Shown: positions 48,259-59,076, counted from the stretch's first letter. The stretch is DNA of 64,000 bases from an uncultured Prevotella sp. (GCA_937895845.1 CALBLK010000030.1:22057-86056), one strand, 5' to 3'. The notes: generated from the sequence alone by a model not told the origin. A program made the numbers and translations.

Positions 48259-51200
48259 ATGAAAATTTCGAAACTACTTGTTTCCGGTGTGCTGCTGATT
48301 GCAAGCAGTGGCGTTGGAGCAACTGTGGTCGATGGCGTCCGGCAGAAACCGGTGCCTGAGAAAGCTGCGTTCCAGTATGGCGAGGTTTTGTACCTTTACA
48401 ATGTCGCCTCGAAGCAGTATTACTGCGGTGCCAATGACTGGGAGACACGCGCCTCTGTGTCTGAAACAGGCTGGAAAGTGAAGGTGACCAAGTTCGTTAC
48501 GGACAGCACCGAGTGGGATGGCCAGACGGTCATTGTGAAAGACTCTGTGGTGAATGGAAGTTACAAGGGCAAGTGGCTCAAGGCGTGGTTTACCACCTCC
48601 CAGAACGAGGCCAAGGACTCTACCTGGCTGGATGGCGGCCTCTATACCGACCACAACGGCCAGGCTGACACGCTGTGGACCATCAGTCAGCTGGATGGCA
48701 ACATCGTTCGACTTGGCGCCAGTCCGCTCAACACCGACTACGATGCTACGCGCATTGCCAGTCTGCCTTCGTTTGTGGGCGTTGACCTGGCACTGGACGG
48801 CGGCGGCAACACCCGCCTGTGGGCATTCCTCAGCCCATCGGTTGCCACCAATGCCATTGACTGGTATTTCGTGACCCCAGAGGCCTACGCCGCCAACCAG
48901 GAGGCTCTTGCCGTTTTCGAAGTGGCCCAGGCCCTGAAAGCCCAGATTGACGCAGCCAAGAGCCGCGGCATTGACGTGTCTGCCCAGGTGGCCGTTTACG
49001 AAAACGAAGCCTCTACCATTGACGAACTGAACGCAGCGATAGTTGCCGTGAAAGAAGCTGTCGCCGCATACGAGGAAAGCCATGTCGATGTGAACAGCCC
49101 GGTTGACAAGACAGCCGACCTTCTGGTGAACGCCGACTACGCTTCGGCCAACAACACAGGCTGGGAGGGCACAGCCCCCGCGTTTGGCTATGGTGCGGCA
49201 GAACTCTATAACAAGACTTACAACACCTATCAGAAAGTGGCCAACGCTCCTAACGGTGTGTATGCCATCAACCTCCAGGCTTACTACCGTGCCGGCTGGT
49301 GCACGCAGTCTTATGCCAATTACAACAACAACAACGCCAACGCCTTGGCCAAGCTGTATGCCGTGAGTGCCAACGACACCGTGCAGAGCAGCATCATGAA
49401 TATGTTTGCCGACGCACGCGACAGCCGTATCGGGACAGGCACAGAGAAGAATGAGAAAGGTTCTACTACTGATGAGACCGGCGTGGCCTTTGTTCCTGAC
49501 AATATGCAGGCCGCTGCCGCTTATTTCGAAGAGGGCCGCTACGCCAAGAACACCGTGTTCTTCGGTACCGACAACCATGAGTTCCTTGTAGGTTTGATAA
49601 AGACCACAACGCTTGATGGTGACTGGACCATGTTTGACAACTGGAAGCTGACCTACTATGGCAACTCTGCCGCCGCTTACCAGAAGTGGCAGGACCAGGC
49701 CATGACCGACGCCTTTGACACCTCAACGCTGCCCGAAGGCACTTTGGTGACCGTTGGTACCATAGAGGCCTACAACACTTTGAAGTCAACGCTGGCCGCT
49801 CCAACCTGCAAGGCAGACGTGATTGCCAACATCAAGAAGGTGACCGACGCTGCCAACGCACTGCTTGCCAACGTTGAAGCATGGAAGGCCTACAAGGCCG
49901 CTTACGACGCAGCCGGTGCCACTATCGCTGACGAGGATGTGGCCGATGGCGAACTGAAAGAGAGTCTTGGTGACTTGCAGTGGGCTGCAGAGGATGACCT
50001 CAACAGTCTCACACTGACCACCGAGGAAGTGGTGGAAAAGACCAACGCACTGCTTGCTGCCAACGAGAACTGTATCAAGAACAGCATCAAGGCCGGTGCC
50101 GATGTGACGGACAAGTTCCTGGTGAACGCCCGCTACGAGGACGGCGCCAACGGCTGGAACGGCAGTCCTACGGTGAATGGCCCTGCCAACAACAAGTGTG
50201 CTGAGAAATGGAACACTGCATTCGATGTTTACCAGGAGGTGAAGGATGCCCCCGTTGGCGTTTACTCCGTTTCCCTCCAGGGCTTCTACCGTCCGGGTGA
50301 CAACGCTGTGGCATGGCCTATCTATGCCGAGAACATGGCTTGGACGAAGTCTACCTCAATCAATGTGTATGTGAACAACAACACCTCCACACTGAAAAAC
50401 CTCTACGACGAGCGGGTGAAGAAAGGCGAACTCTTCCAGACAACCAACCTCACAACTGATAATCCACCCTATGAGGTTGAAATCGACCCTGTAACACTTG
50501 ACTCTGCATGGTTTGCCAACGATATGACCAACGCCGGTATCGCTTTCTCGAACGGAATGTACACCAGCACCGCCTTCGGCCTGGTGGCCAAGGCTGGCGA
50601 CGTGCTCCGCATAGGTGTAAAGGGTGCCTTGGACAACGCCAACCAGTGGGTGTGCTGGGACAACTTCAAGATGGTGTTCCAGGGCTTCAAGGCTGACATT
50701 ATCGCTCCCGAGCTGGCCAAGAGTATCGCGCATGCCAAGACCTTTATTGTGAACGATGCTCCTGCCGAGTACATGACCAAGACTGCGTTTGACCAGCTGA
50801 AGACTGCCATCGCCGGTGGCGAGACCGCGCAGGGTGGCAACGAGGGCAAGGAGATGTTCAAGGCCCTCTCCGCCCTCTACGAGGCTATCGAAAAAGCCAA
50901 CGCCTCTATTGCCGCTTGCAAGGAGCTGGTTGCCGCAGCAGAGAAGATGAACACCATCGCTCTGTCTTCTGACTGCCCGGCTTCTACTGCCACAAAGAAC
51001 GAGGCCGCAGCACTTTACAGCGAGGTAATGGAAGGTCTTGAGGACTGCACGCTTGAGGATGCTGACATAGAGAAGCTCGCAACCAAGATTGCCGATATGA
51101 CAATCACCCTGCGGATTCCCGAGGGCACCGCAACCGACGAGAACCCGTTCGACCTGACTGCACTCGTTCAGACACCAGACTTCTCTGACGAGAACGGCGC

Positions 51201-51927
51201 CAACTCTGCTGCCGGCTGGACAGGAGCCAATGGCAACTTCGGTAACGATGACACCCAGAAGGCTGCCCTGCTCTATGAGTACTATGAGAAATCAAACGTA
51301 GACCTGTATCAGGACATCATAGGTCTGCCCAACGGAACCTACCAGGTTTCTGCTAACGCATTCTGCCGCATGGGCAGCTCCTCCGACGATGCCAAGGCAT
51401 TCGAGGCCAATCCTGACACGCTCAGCAATGCCCTCCTCTATGCTTTCTCTGCCGACAGTGTGCTCCACGCAGTGGGCATTATGCCTGTCTCCGCCTGCGC
51501 ACTGACCGAAAAGCTCGAGGCTGGCTCTGAGACAGAGGTGACCATCAACGGCACCACCATGTATGTGCCTAACGACATGGTTTCTTCGAGCGCTTACTTC
51601 GAAATGGGCAAGTACGTTAACACCGTGACCGTGAAGGTGACCGGCAAGCAGCTCCGCATCGGTCTTCGCAAGACAACCAAGCAGAGTTCTGACTGGGTCA
51701 TCATCGACAACTTCAAGCTGATGTACTTCGGCGAGAACAGCGCCAAGAATCCATCGGGCGATCCCACGGGCATCAACAGCATCGGTGGCGACGCTGCCAA
51801 GGTGGCCAAGGTTGAGTTCTTCAGCGTGAACGGCGCACGCAACGCCTCACTTGTGAAGGGTATCAACATCATGAAGACTACCATGGCCGACGGCCGCGTG
51901 GTGGTAAGCAAGATTATGGTTAAATAA
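48259..51927 (+). CDS. Large secreted protein with three copies of a roughly 185-aa beta-rich module and a T9SS-like C-terminus; no catalytic domain recognised
   Basis: Signal peptide; repeated D.T..L.N..F...W.G / YQ.V...P.GVY / W..(F/W)DNFKL.Y.G pattern with helical spacers; tail PTGI...FSVNG...KGINI...KIMVK. Confidence 0.8.
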   Translation: MKISKLLVSGVLLIASSGVGATVVDGVRQKPVPEKAAFQYGEVLYLYNVASKQYYCGANDWETRASVSETGWKVKVTKFVTDSTEWDGQTVIVKDSVVNGSYKGKWLKAWFTTSQNEAKDSTWLDGGLYTDHNGQADTLWTISQLDGNIVRLGASPLNTDYDATRIASLPSFVGVDLALDGGGNTRLWAFLSPSVATNAIDWYFVTPEAYAANQEALAVFEVAQALKAQIDAAKSRGIDVSAQVAVYENEASTIDELNAAIVAVKEAVAAYEESHVDVNSPVDKTADLLVNADYASANNTGWEGTAPAFGYGAAELYNKTYNTYQKVANAPNGVYAINLQAYYRAGWCTQSYANYNNNNANALAKLYAVSANDTVQSSIMNMFADARDSRIGTGTEKNEKGSTTDETGVAFVPDNMQAAAAYFEEGRYAKNTVFFGTDNHEFLVGLIKTTTLDGDWTMFDNWKLTYYGNSAAAYQKWQDQAMTDAFDTSTLPEGTLVTVGTIEAYNTLKSTLAAPTCKADVIANIKKVTDAANALLANVEAWKAYKAAYDAAGATIADEDVADGELKESLGDLQWAAEDDLNSLTLTTEEVVEKTNALLAANENCIKNSIKAGADVTDKFLVNARYEDGANGWNGSPTVNGPANNKCAEKWNTAFDVYQEVKDAPVGVYSVSLQGFYRPGDNAVAWPIYAENMAWTKSTSINVYVNNNTSTLKNLYDERVKKGELFQTTNLTTDNPPYEVEIDPVTLDSAWFANDMTNAGIAFSNGMYTSTAFGLVAKAGDVLRIGVKGALDNANQWVCWDNFKMVFQGFKADIIAPELAKSIAHAKTFIVNDAPAEYMTKTAFDQLKTAIAGGETAQGGNEGKEMFKALSALYEAIEKANASIAACKELVAAAEKMNTIALSSDCPASTATKNEAAALYSEVMEGLEDCTLEDADIEKLATKIADMTITLRIPEGTATDENPFDLTALVQTPDFSDENGANSAAGWTGANGNFGNDDTQKAALLYEYYEKSNVDLYQDIIGLPNGTYQVSANAFCRMGSSSDDAKAFEANPDTLSNALLYAFSADSVLHAVGIMPVSACALTEKLEAGSETEVTINGTTMYVPNDMVSSSAYFEMGKYVNTVTVKVTGKQLRIGLRKTTKQSSDWVIIDNFKLMYFGENSAKNPSGDPTGINSIGGDAAKVAKVEFFSVNGARNASLVKGINIMKTTMADGRVVVSKIMVK

Positions 51928-52052
51928 TCCGGCTTGATTTGATGGACTTGATCCAAATGCAACAGCATCAATAACATTCAACAATGGAACCAGAGAGGAG
52001 CGGAAACGCTTCTTCTCTGATTCCTTGTTTCCAACCTAAAACGACCTTACTG

Positions 52053-55000
52053 ATGATAAAAATACAACGCATTTTATGTGCTGCCGTACTGACAGCCATA
52101 GCCGCTGTTTTGCCCGCGCAGGTCACCATGAACATTGACGCCACCCGTCGCGGACCGGTTATCGGTGACTATCACTACGGGCTCTTCTTCGAGGAAATCA
52201 ACCATGCAGGCGACGGTGGACTTTATGCCGAGCTGGTGCGCAACCGTAACTTTGCCGAGGGGCTTGAGGGCTGGACGGCCTATGGCGGCGCACAGCTGTC
52301 GCTGGTCAGCAACCATCTGCTCAACACGGCGCAGCGCAATGCGCTATGTATCAACACTACCGGTGCCACTGCCTCCAAGATGATGGGTGTGACCAACAGT
52401 GGCTTCTGGGGCATGGGCATTGTCAGAGACTCTACCTACCGCCTCTCTTTCTATGCCAAGGGAGTTGCCGGCTTTCAAAACAACATCCGTGTCCGGCTGC
52501 TCAGCAACGACGGCAAGACCGTGATTGGCGAGGCTAAGGCTGAGGGTACGGTGTCACCCGGCTCATGGAACAAGCTCACTGCCACCGTCAAGGCAACAGG
52601 CAGTGACCGCAAAGGACAGCTATTGCTGCTCACGGGCACCAGTGGCCGTCTTTATGTGGACGTGGTTTCACTCTTCCCCTATACTTGGAAGAACCGCCCA
52701 AACGGTCTTCGTCCCGACCTGGCGCAGCTGCTGGCCGACACCAAACCCTCGTTCCTCCGCTTTCCCGGAGGCTGCTATGTAGAGGGCGAGGGCAGCTATG
52801 ACAACACTTTCCAGTGGAAGAAGACCATCGGCCCGATAGAGGAGCGTCCGGGCCACCTCAACCAGAACTGGCGCTACTGGTCAAGCGACGGCTTGGGATT
52901 TGACGAGTATCTCCAGCTGTGCGAGGACTTGGGCGCAGCCCCCATGTTTGTGGTCAATATCGGTCTTGGCCATGGCTATACCTTTACCCTTGAGGAAACC
53001 AAGGCATTGGTGCAGGACGCGCTTGATGCCATAGAGTATGCCAACGGTGACACCTCGACCAAATGGGGTGCCATGCGTGCGGCCAACGGCCATCCGGAGC
53101 CCTACAACCTGAAATTCATAGAGATAGGCAACGAAAACTATCAGAGCAATGACTATGGTGAACGCTACGACATGTTCTACAGGGCCATCAAGGAGAAATA
53201 CCCCGAGATAGTGACCATTGCCAATGTGGAGGCTTGGGGCACTGACAACCCCTCATGGCGCTATGAATATCCTGTGGAGATTGTTGACGAGCACTACTAC
53301 CGCAGTCACTCGTGGATGCGATCCAACTATAACAAGTACGACTACTATCCTCGCACCATCAAGGTCTACAATGGCGAGTATGCCGCCAACGCGTCGGGCA
53401 CTTACGGACAGTATGGCAACATGAACAGTGCGCTGGGCGAGGCGGTCTACATGATGGGTATGGAGCGTAACAGCGACGTGTGCGTGATGGCTTCGTTTGC
53501 TCCCATCTTCACCCACGAGGAAGACCCCCGCTGGGCTTATGACATGATTCATTTCAACGCCTCCAGCAACTTTGTCACGCCATCCTACTATGTGCAGCGG
53601 CTGATGAACGAGCACCTGGGCAAGCAGAACCTGCTTTGGACAGAAAGCGGCAACCAGGTGAATGTAGCGGGCAAGGCGCAGGTTGGACTCGGTGCCTGGA
53701 ACACCCAGGTGGTGTACGATGACGTGCGTGTGACCGACCTCAACGGTAACGAGCTGGCACGCGATGACTTCTCTGCCGGCATAGGCGCGTGGACGCTGGG
53801 TGAAGGCAACTGGAGTGTGACAGACGGCTGTCTCGTGCAGACAGCTGATAAGGACAACTGCACTGCCTATATGACCATCCCCCTCCAGAGCAGTCAATAT
53901 ATATATAAGGTTCGCGCGAAGAAGACTGGCGGTGACGAGGGCTTCCTCATCATGTTCAACCGTATGGGCGACCAGGACTATGCCTGGTGGAACATCGGCG
54001 GATGGAACAACACCCAGCATGCCGTGGAGAACTGTGTGAACGGTAGCAAGTCTACGCTGGTCACAGTTAACGGTTCGATTGAGCAGAACCGCTGGTATGA
54101 CATTGAAATCAGGGTTGACGGCGCACAGGTTACCTGTCTGCTTGACGGGCAGCAGGTTCACCAGTTCTCGTTGCCCACGGAACGCGCACTCTATCAGAGC
54201 GTGCAGATAGACGAAGAGAGGGGCGAACTGGTGGTCAAGGTGGTCAATCCCAACGCTGCCGACCAGCAGCTGAACCTCAATGTGAAGGGAATGACGCTTG
54301 GTGACGCCACGCTCGTCAGACTGGCATCGCCCAACGGCACCGACGAGAACACGATGGACAACCCAGACAACGTGAAACCCACGGAGGAGCACCTGTCCGC
54401 CTCGCAGTTGGGCACGCTCACCATTCCGGCCTACTCGCTGAGCATCTACCGCATCAAGGTGTCCGGCATTGCGCCCGAGCAGCCCTCGGCACCCAGCGCC
54501 TATGCTGCTGAGGATGCCGACAAGTATGGCTATCTGTATGCCCACATGCACACCACCAAGGAGATAACCTGCTATGCGCTGAGCCCAAATGGTTCCTATT
54601 GGCGCGACCTTTTGAACAGTGCAGAGGTCTTTGACACCAAGAAATATACCACTACCGGCGGAATGCGCGATGCCTATGTGTGCCGCAGCCAGAAAGGAAA
54701 CTTCCTGCTGGCCGGCACCGACATGACCTCACGGTTGGGCTGGACCAGCAACCACAGGATGACTTTCATGCGGTCTAACGACCTCGTGCATTGGGACAAG
54801 ACGGTGAGCATTGACCTGGAGTCACCCGAGAACCTCAAGGCACTTGGCCTTGACAGCGCCGATGACATGACCGCTGCTTGGGCGCCGCAAATCATCTTCG
54901 ACCCCGTGACCCAAAAGTATGTAGCCTACTACAGTGTAGGCTTCCCTGACCGCCACCGCATCTACTACTCGCTGTTTGAAGAAGACCTGAGCGGCTGGAC

Positions 55001-56309
55001 AGTCCCCAAGGTGTTCTTCGACCCGGGATTTGACGTGATTGACGCGGACATCGTTTGGAACGACATAGACCAGCAATACCAGATGGTGTTCAAGCGTGAG
55101 GGCGACCGTGCGCTGAGCATGGCCACCGCGTCCTATCTTGTGCCTGCCGGTGACAAGACGACGGGCAGCTGCCAGTGGACGCTTGTCGAGAACTTTGGCA
55201 TCTCTGAGTCGGGTCAGAGCATTGAGGCTCCCAGCCAGTTCCGCTACATTGGGCGGAACACCTGGCGCCTGGGCTACCAGAAATACAGCGGGGGCTACAA
55301 CTACCGCATGATGGACCTGGACGAACACGGCTTGAACCCAATCAACCGCAAGGACATAGTCGGTGACCTGAAGCCGCAGCACGGCTCTTTCCTCAAGCTG
55401 ACCCAGCGCGAATACCAGTATTTGGAAACCTGGGAAAAAGTTGTGACCAAGTTGGCCGAGATGAAGAAAATCTACGAGGTAACCTCCGACCGCCACTACA
55501 AGGCCGCCATCTCCAAGGCTGAAAAGGCATTGGAAAACAATGGCAAGACCTTTGAAGCCAACGAAAAGGCGATGAACGAGGCATTGGAGGCCATCAACGA
55601 CGCTCTGGCGCAGGGTGTCGACTACCGCACCTATCTTCTGGAGCAGGCGAGGGCAGGCAAGCCCACCGACCTGACGCCACTCGTGGTGAACGCTGATTTC
55701 TCTGAAGGGGCGAAAGGATGGACTGTGAGCAGTGCCTTTACCAATGCCGATGGCAAGGTGGCCGAGTACTGGAATACCAACTTTGACTTCTCGCAAACCC
55801 TTGAGTCACTTCCCAAGGGTGACTATGAGCTTGGCGTGCAGGCTTTTTTTCGCATGGCCTCCAGCAATGATGCACTGGAGGCCCACAACGGCGGAACGGA
55901 ACAGCTGAACGCCACACTTTATGCCAACGGCAGCGAACTGCCCGTGATGAGTATTTATGACGATGCAGTCACACAGTACACACAGGATCCCTACACCTAT
56001 CCTGACAATGTGACGCAGGCCAACGAGGCTTTCAACACCTACGGCCTTTATGCTAACAAGCTGCGCTTTGCGTTAGACCGTGACACCGGCGTGACATTCG
56101 GCATCCGCAAGTCTGTGCTGAATTATAGTGACTGGTGCTGTTTTGACAATTTCACCCTCAACTACCTGGGTGACCCCACCGGTATTCATGAGAAGGAACT
56201 GTCTGATACGCGTGGCGGCCAGTGGTACAACCTGAAAGGGCAGATTCTTTCAAGTCGGCCATCGCGTCACGGCATCTACCTGCATGGGGACAGGAAAGTC
56301 GTGCGCTGA
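52053..56309 (+). CDS. Multimodular GH51 alpha-L-arabinofuranosidase plus GH43-like domain, repeat module and T9SS-like tail
   Basis: GH51 motifs GLFFEEINHAGDGGLYAELVRN, LRFPGGC, IGNEN and GEYA. GH43-like motifs GGMRD, AWAPQ, VIDADI and IEAP. Tail PTGI...WYNLKGQ...GIYL..RKVVR. Start MIKIQ (52053). Confidence 0.88.
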   Translation: MIKIQRILCAAVLTAIAAVLPAQVTMNIDATRRGPVIGDYHYGLFFEEINHAGDGGLYAELVRNRNFAEGLEGWTAYGGAQLSLVSNHLLNTAQRNALCINTTGATASKMMGVTNSGFWGMGIVRDSTYRLSFYAKGVAGFQNNIRVRLLSNDGKTVIGEAKAEGTVSPGSWNKLTATVKATGSDRKGQLLLLTGTSGRLYVDVVSLFPYTWKNRPNGLRPDLAQLLADTKPSFLRFPGGCYVEGEGSYDNTFQWKKTIGPIEERPGHLNQNWRYWSSDGLGFDEYLQLCEDLGAAPMFVVNIGLGHGYTFTLEETKALVQDALDAIEYANGDTSTKWGAMRAANGHPEPYNLKFIEIGNENYQSNDYGERYDMFYRAIKEKYPEIVTIANVEAWGTDNPSWRYEYPVEIVDEHYYRSHSWMRSNYNKYDYYPRTIKVYNGEYAANASGTYGQYGNMNSALGEAVYMMGMERNSDVCVMASFAPIFTHEEDPRWAYDMIHFNASSNFVTPSYYVQRLMNEHLGKQNLLWTESGNQVNVAGKAQVGLGAWNTQVVYDDVRVTDLNGNELARDDFSAGIGAWTLGEGNWSVTDGCLVQTADKDNCTAYMTIPLQSSQYIYKVRAKKTGGDEGFLIMFNRMGDQDYAWWNIGGWNNTQHAVENCVNGSKSTLVTVNGSIEQNRWYDIEIRVDGAQVTCLLDGQQVHQFSLPTERALYQSVQIDEERGELVVKVVNPNAADQQLNLNVKGMTLGDATLVRLASPNGTDENTMDNPDNVKPTEEHLSASQLGTLTIPAYSLSIYRIKVSGIAPEQPSAPSAYAAEDADKYGYLYAHMHTTKEITCYALSPNGSYWRDLLNSAEVFDTKKYTTTGGMRDAYVCRSQKGNFLLAGTDMTSRLGWTSNHRMTFMRSNDLVHWDKTVSIDLESPENLKALGLDSADDMTAAWAPQIIFDPVTQKYVAYYSVGFPDRHRIYYSLFEEDLSGWTVPKVFFDPGFDVIDADIVWNDIDQQYQMVFKREGDRALSMATASYLVPAGDKTTGSCQWTLVENFGISESGQSIEAPSQFRYIGRNTWRLGYQKYSGGYNYRMMDLDEHGLNPINRKDIVGDLKPQHGSFLKLTQREYQYLETWEKVVTKLAEMKKIYEVTSDRHYKAAISKAEKALENNGKTFEANEKAMNEALEAINDALAQGVDYRTYLLEQARAGKPTDLTPLVVNADFSEGAKGWTVSSAFTNADGKVAEYWNTNFDFSQTLESLPKGDYELGVQAFFRMASSNDALEAHNGGTEQLNATLYANGSELPVMSIYDDAVTQYTQDPYTYPDNVTQANEAFNTYGLYANKLRFALDRDTGVTFGIRKSVLNYSDWCCFDNFTLNYLGDPTGIHEKELSDTRGGQWYNLKGQILSSRPSRHGIYLHGDRKVVR

Positions 56310-56412
56310 GCACAGTTCTGCGCGTCAGGTTGCCTTGTGGGGTGAAACCAATATGAGCACAAAATTATTCTAACAACTGACAACTAATAACCAATAACTA
56401 ATAACTAACAAT

Positions 56413-59076
56413 ATGAATTCTGAAACGGTGAGACACTGGGGCTTCCGCCCTCTGCTTGCTGCGACACTCTTGGCAGGAACCGCAACCCTGTTCCAGTCGT
56501 GTGAAGACGACATTCTGACAGGGCAGCCCGGCTGGCTTGGCAACTCCATCTACGAGCGTCTGCAAGATGAAGGCGGTTACAGCTACACACTCAAATTGAT
56601 TGACGATTTGGACTATCATGATGTGATGTCGAAGACAGGCTCAAAAACCCTGTTCGTGGCCAATGACGAGGCTTTTGACAAATGGTTTGCAAATGGAAAC
56701 AACACTTTTGGTGTGAGCAGCTATGACGAGCTGACCACTGCCCAGAAGAAATTGCTGCTCAACAGTGCCATGGTGAACAATGCTTATCTGATTGAATTGC
56801 TTTCCAATGTGAGCGGCAACCCGCCAGAGACCGGAAAATGCATGCGCCGCGAGACGGCCAGCTCCTACCTTGACTCTGTGTGCATCATCAAGCCCGAGGA
56901 TATGCCCGGCACGTCATACTGGAAAAGGTACAAAGATGCCGGACGCTCGCTCGTGCTGCTGAAGGACAACACCTCGCAGCCCATGATTCACCTGCTGCCG
57001 GCCTATATGAAGCTCAACAAGATTACCGACGATGATGTCAGGCTTCTTACGAACGGCGAGGCACAGTCCACATCGGAGGCCTATATCAACGGCAAGAAGG
57101 TGATTGAGCGCGACATCACCTGCAAGAACGGCTACATCCACAAGGTTGAGGGGGTGGTGGAGCCGGCTCCGAATATGGCCGAGGTGATTCGCCTGAATGA
57201 CAATACCAAGACGTGGTCGAAACTGCTTGACAGGTTCAGCGCACCTTATTATGACGATGCGGCCACAAAGGCCTACAACCGTCTCTACAACAATGAGGAT
57301 TCGGTTTACGTGCTCCGCTATTTCAGCGACTGGGCCAAGAACACCGGCTTGTATGGCTCGCGCCTGACAGGCGACCCCGACGGCAAGCCCGTGAAGGCAA
57401 CCCTCGCATTTGACCCGGGTTGGAACCAGTATATGTATAGCAACACCATGGGCTACGACCTGCACTATGATGCCGGCGCCATGATTGTGCCATCCGACGA
57501 GGCCCTCGAAAAGTGGTGGAGTGGTTCGGCGCTCGAGCGCCAGTATCATGTATGGGACAGCGTGCCCGACCTGGTGCTCTCCAAACTGTTGCGCAACAAC
57601 ATGATTGACAACTTCTCGGAGAAGGTGCCTTCCAAATTCACCAATATCCTGAATGATGCCAAGGTGGAGATGGGCATCACACCGGAGAACATCGTGTCGG
57701 CCCGCATGGCGTGCAACGGCGTTGTTTATGTGGTTGACAAGGTTTTTGCCCCCAGTGCCTATTCGTCGGTGTCGTTCCCGGCACTGATCGACCAGGAGCA
57801 TTTCAGTGTGATTTATGAAGCCATCGACGAGCTTGAATTTGACCCTTACCTGGGTTCGATGGATTCCAAATATGGCTTGCTGCTGCCCACGAACGAGGCT
57901 CTGGAACATTACATTGACCCCATCAACTATGGGGAGACAGACAAGAGCTTCCTGAAGTTTTCGTATGACCCGGACAAAGAGAGCGGTATCAAGGTCAAGG
58001 CAGAGCGTTACCAGCTGACCTACAATTCCGACGGAACGCCCAACTTTGACAGTGGTGTCCGGTTGCAAGCCACCGTATCGGATGATGTGATAAAGGACCG
58101 TCTGGAGGACTTGCTTGACCATTGCATCATTGTGCTTGATGCCGATGCCAGCGATGTGCCCAACAAGGTGACCTCCATCGATGGCCGCCATACCTATTAC
58201 AAGACTAAGGGCGGGTCTTTCATCAAGGCGACCCCCCACGGTGACGGAATGGCTTTTCAGGGCGGTTTCCAGATGGAGCGTGATATGAAGATTGAGATTC
58301 CTGCGGGAGATATCATGAAGCAGGAGAACGGCTGGTCTTACGTAGCCGATGACATGCCTTATGGGTCGTCAAGGTCTGTGTACAGCTTGCTGAAATCCAA
58401 CGATGCCTACAAGACTTTCCTCAGTCTGCTTGATGGTAGCGACCCCGACTCGGCATCTACCGCCATGCTTGTCAACTCGCTCAGCAAGGACAAGTACAGC
58501 TGTCCCAATGCTGACGGCGGCAACTACAATGTGCGACTGTTTGACAACTACAACTACACCGTTTACGTGCCGACCAACAGTTCTGTACAGGCCCTGATAG
58601 ACCAGGGATACCTGCCAACATGGAGCGATTTTGACCATTACCGCGAGCTGAAGGAAGAGACCAGCGACCCTGACGCACAGGCCAAGTATGATTATGCGTG
58701 CTACGTTATCAAGAAGCGTATCACTGATTTCGTGCGCTATCACATCCAAGATAACGCCGTTGCCATCGGAAGCCAGGAGGTGTCGGGAACGGCTTATGAG
58801 TCTATGCTCCGCAACCCGGAGACCAACCGCTTCTATTCGCTCACCGTCAATTCTGATGGCAGTGCCCTCTCGGTGACCGATGTGCAGGGGAACACCCGCC
58901 ATGTGACGAAGACTGCCGGCCTGTATAACCAGATTTGCCGTGAGTACTGGCTGCAAGGCACGCAGAAGAAAAACAAGTACACCAGGACGGTTTACCAGAC
59001 TTCCGATGCGGTTGTCCATCAGATAGACCAACCGTTGCTCTGCGGACCCCTTACCAAGTGGAAGGATGAAATTTAA
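56413..59076 (+). CDS. Fasciclin-domain lipoprotein (PUL-associated)
   Basis: Lipobox FQSC; repeated FAS1 motifs TLFVANDEAF, NGYIHKVEGV, NGVVYVVDKV, TVYVPTN, RYHI and VVHQID. Confidence 0.85.
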   Translation: MNSETVRHWGFRPLLAATLLAGTATLFQSCEDDILTGQPGWLGNSIYERLQDEGGYSYTLKLIDDLDYHDVMSKTGSKTLFVANDEAFDKWFANGNNTFGVSSYDELTTAQKKLLLNSAMVNNAYLIELLSNVSGNPPETGKCMRRETASSYLDSVCIIKPEDMPGTSYWKRYKDAGRSLVLLKDNTSQPMIHLLPAYMKLNKITDDDVRLLTNGEAQSTSEAYINGKKVIERDITCKNGYIHKVEGVVEPAPNMAEVIRLNDNTKTWSKLLDRFSAPYYDDAATKAYNRLYNNEDSVYVLRYFSDWAKNTGLYGSRLTGDPDGKPVKATLAFDPGWNQYMYSNTMGYDLHYDAGAMIVPSDEALEKWWSGSALERQYHVWDSVPDLVLSKLLRNNMIDNFSEKVPSKFTNILNDAKVEMGITPENIVSARMACNGVVYVVDKVFAPSAYSSVSFPALIDQEHFSVIYEAIDELEFDPYLGSMDSKYGLLLPTNEALEHYIDPINYGETDKSFLKFSYDPDKESGIKVKAERYQLTYNSDGTPNFDSGVRLQATVSDDVIKDRLEDLLDHCIIVLDADASDVPNKVTSIDGRHTYYKTKGGSFIKATPHGDGMAFQGGFQMERDMKIEIPAGDIMKQENGWSYVADDMPYGSSRSVYSLLKSNDAYKTFLSLLDGSDPDSASTAMLVNSLSKDKYSCPNADGGNYNVRLFDNYNYTVYVPTNSSVQALIDQGYLPTWSDFDHYRELKEETSDPDAQAKYDYACYVIKKRITDFVRYHIQDNAVAIGSQEVSGTAYESMLRNPETNRFYSLTVNSDGSALSVTDVQGNTRHVTKTAGLYNQICREYWLQGTQKKNKYTRTVYQTSDAVVHQIDQPLLCGPLTKWKDEI

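Noticed and set aside
56370..56412. aacta/aataac micro-repeats upstream of the fasciclin gene
   Set aside because: Consistent with the ordinary A-rich, unstructured translation-initiation regions of Bacteroidota.
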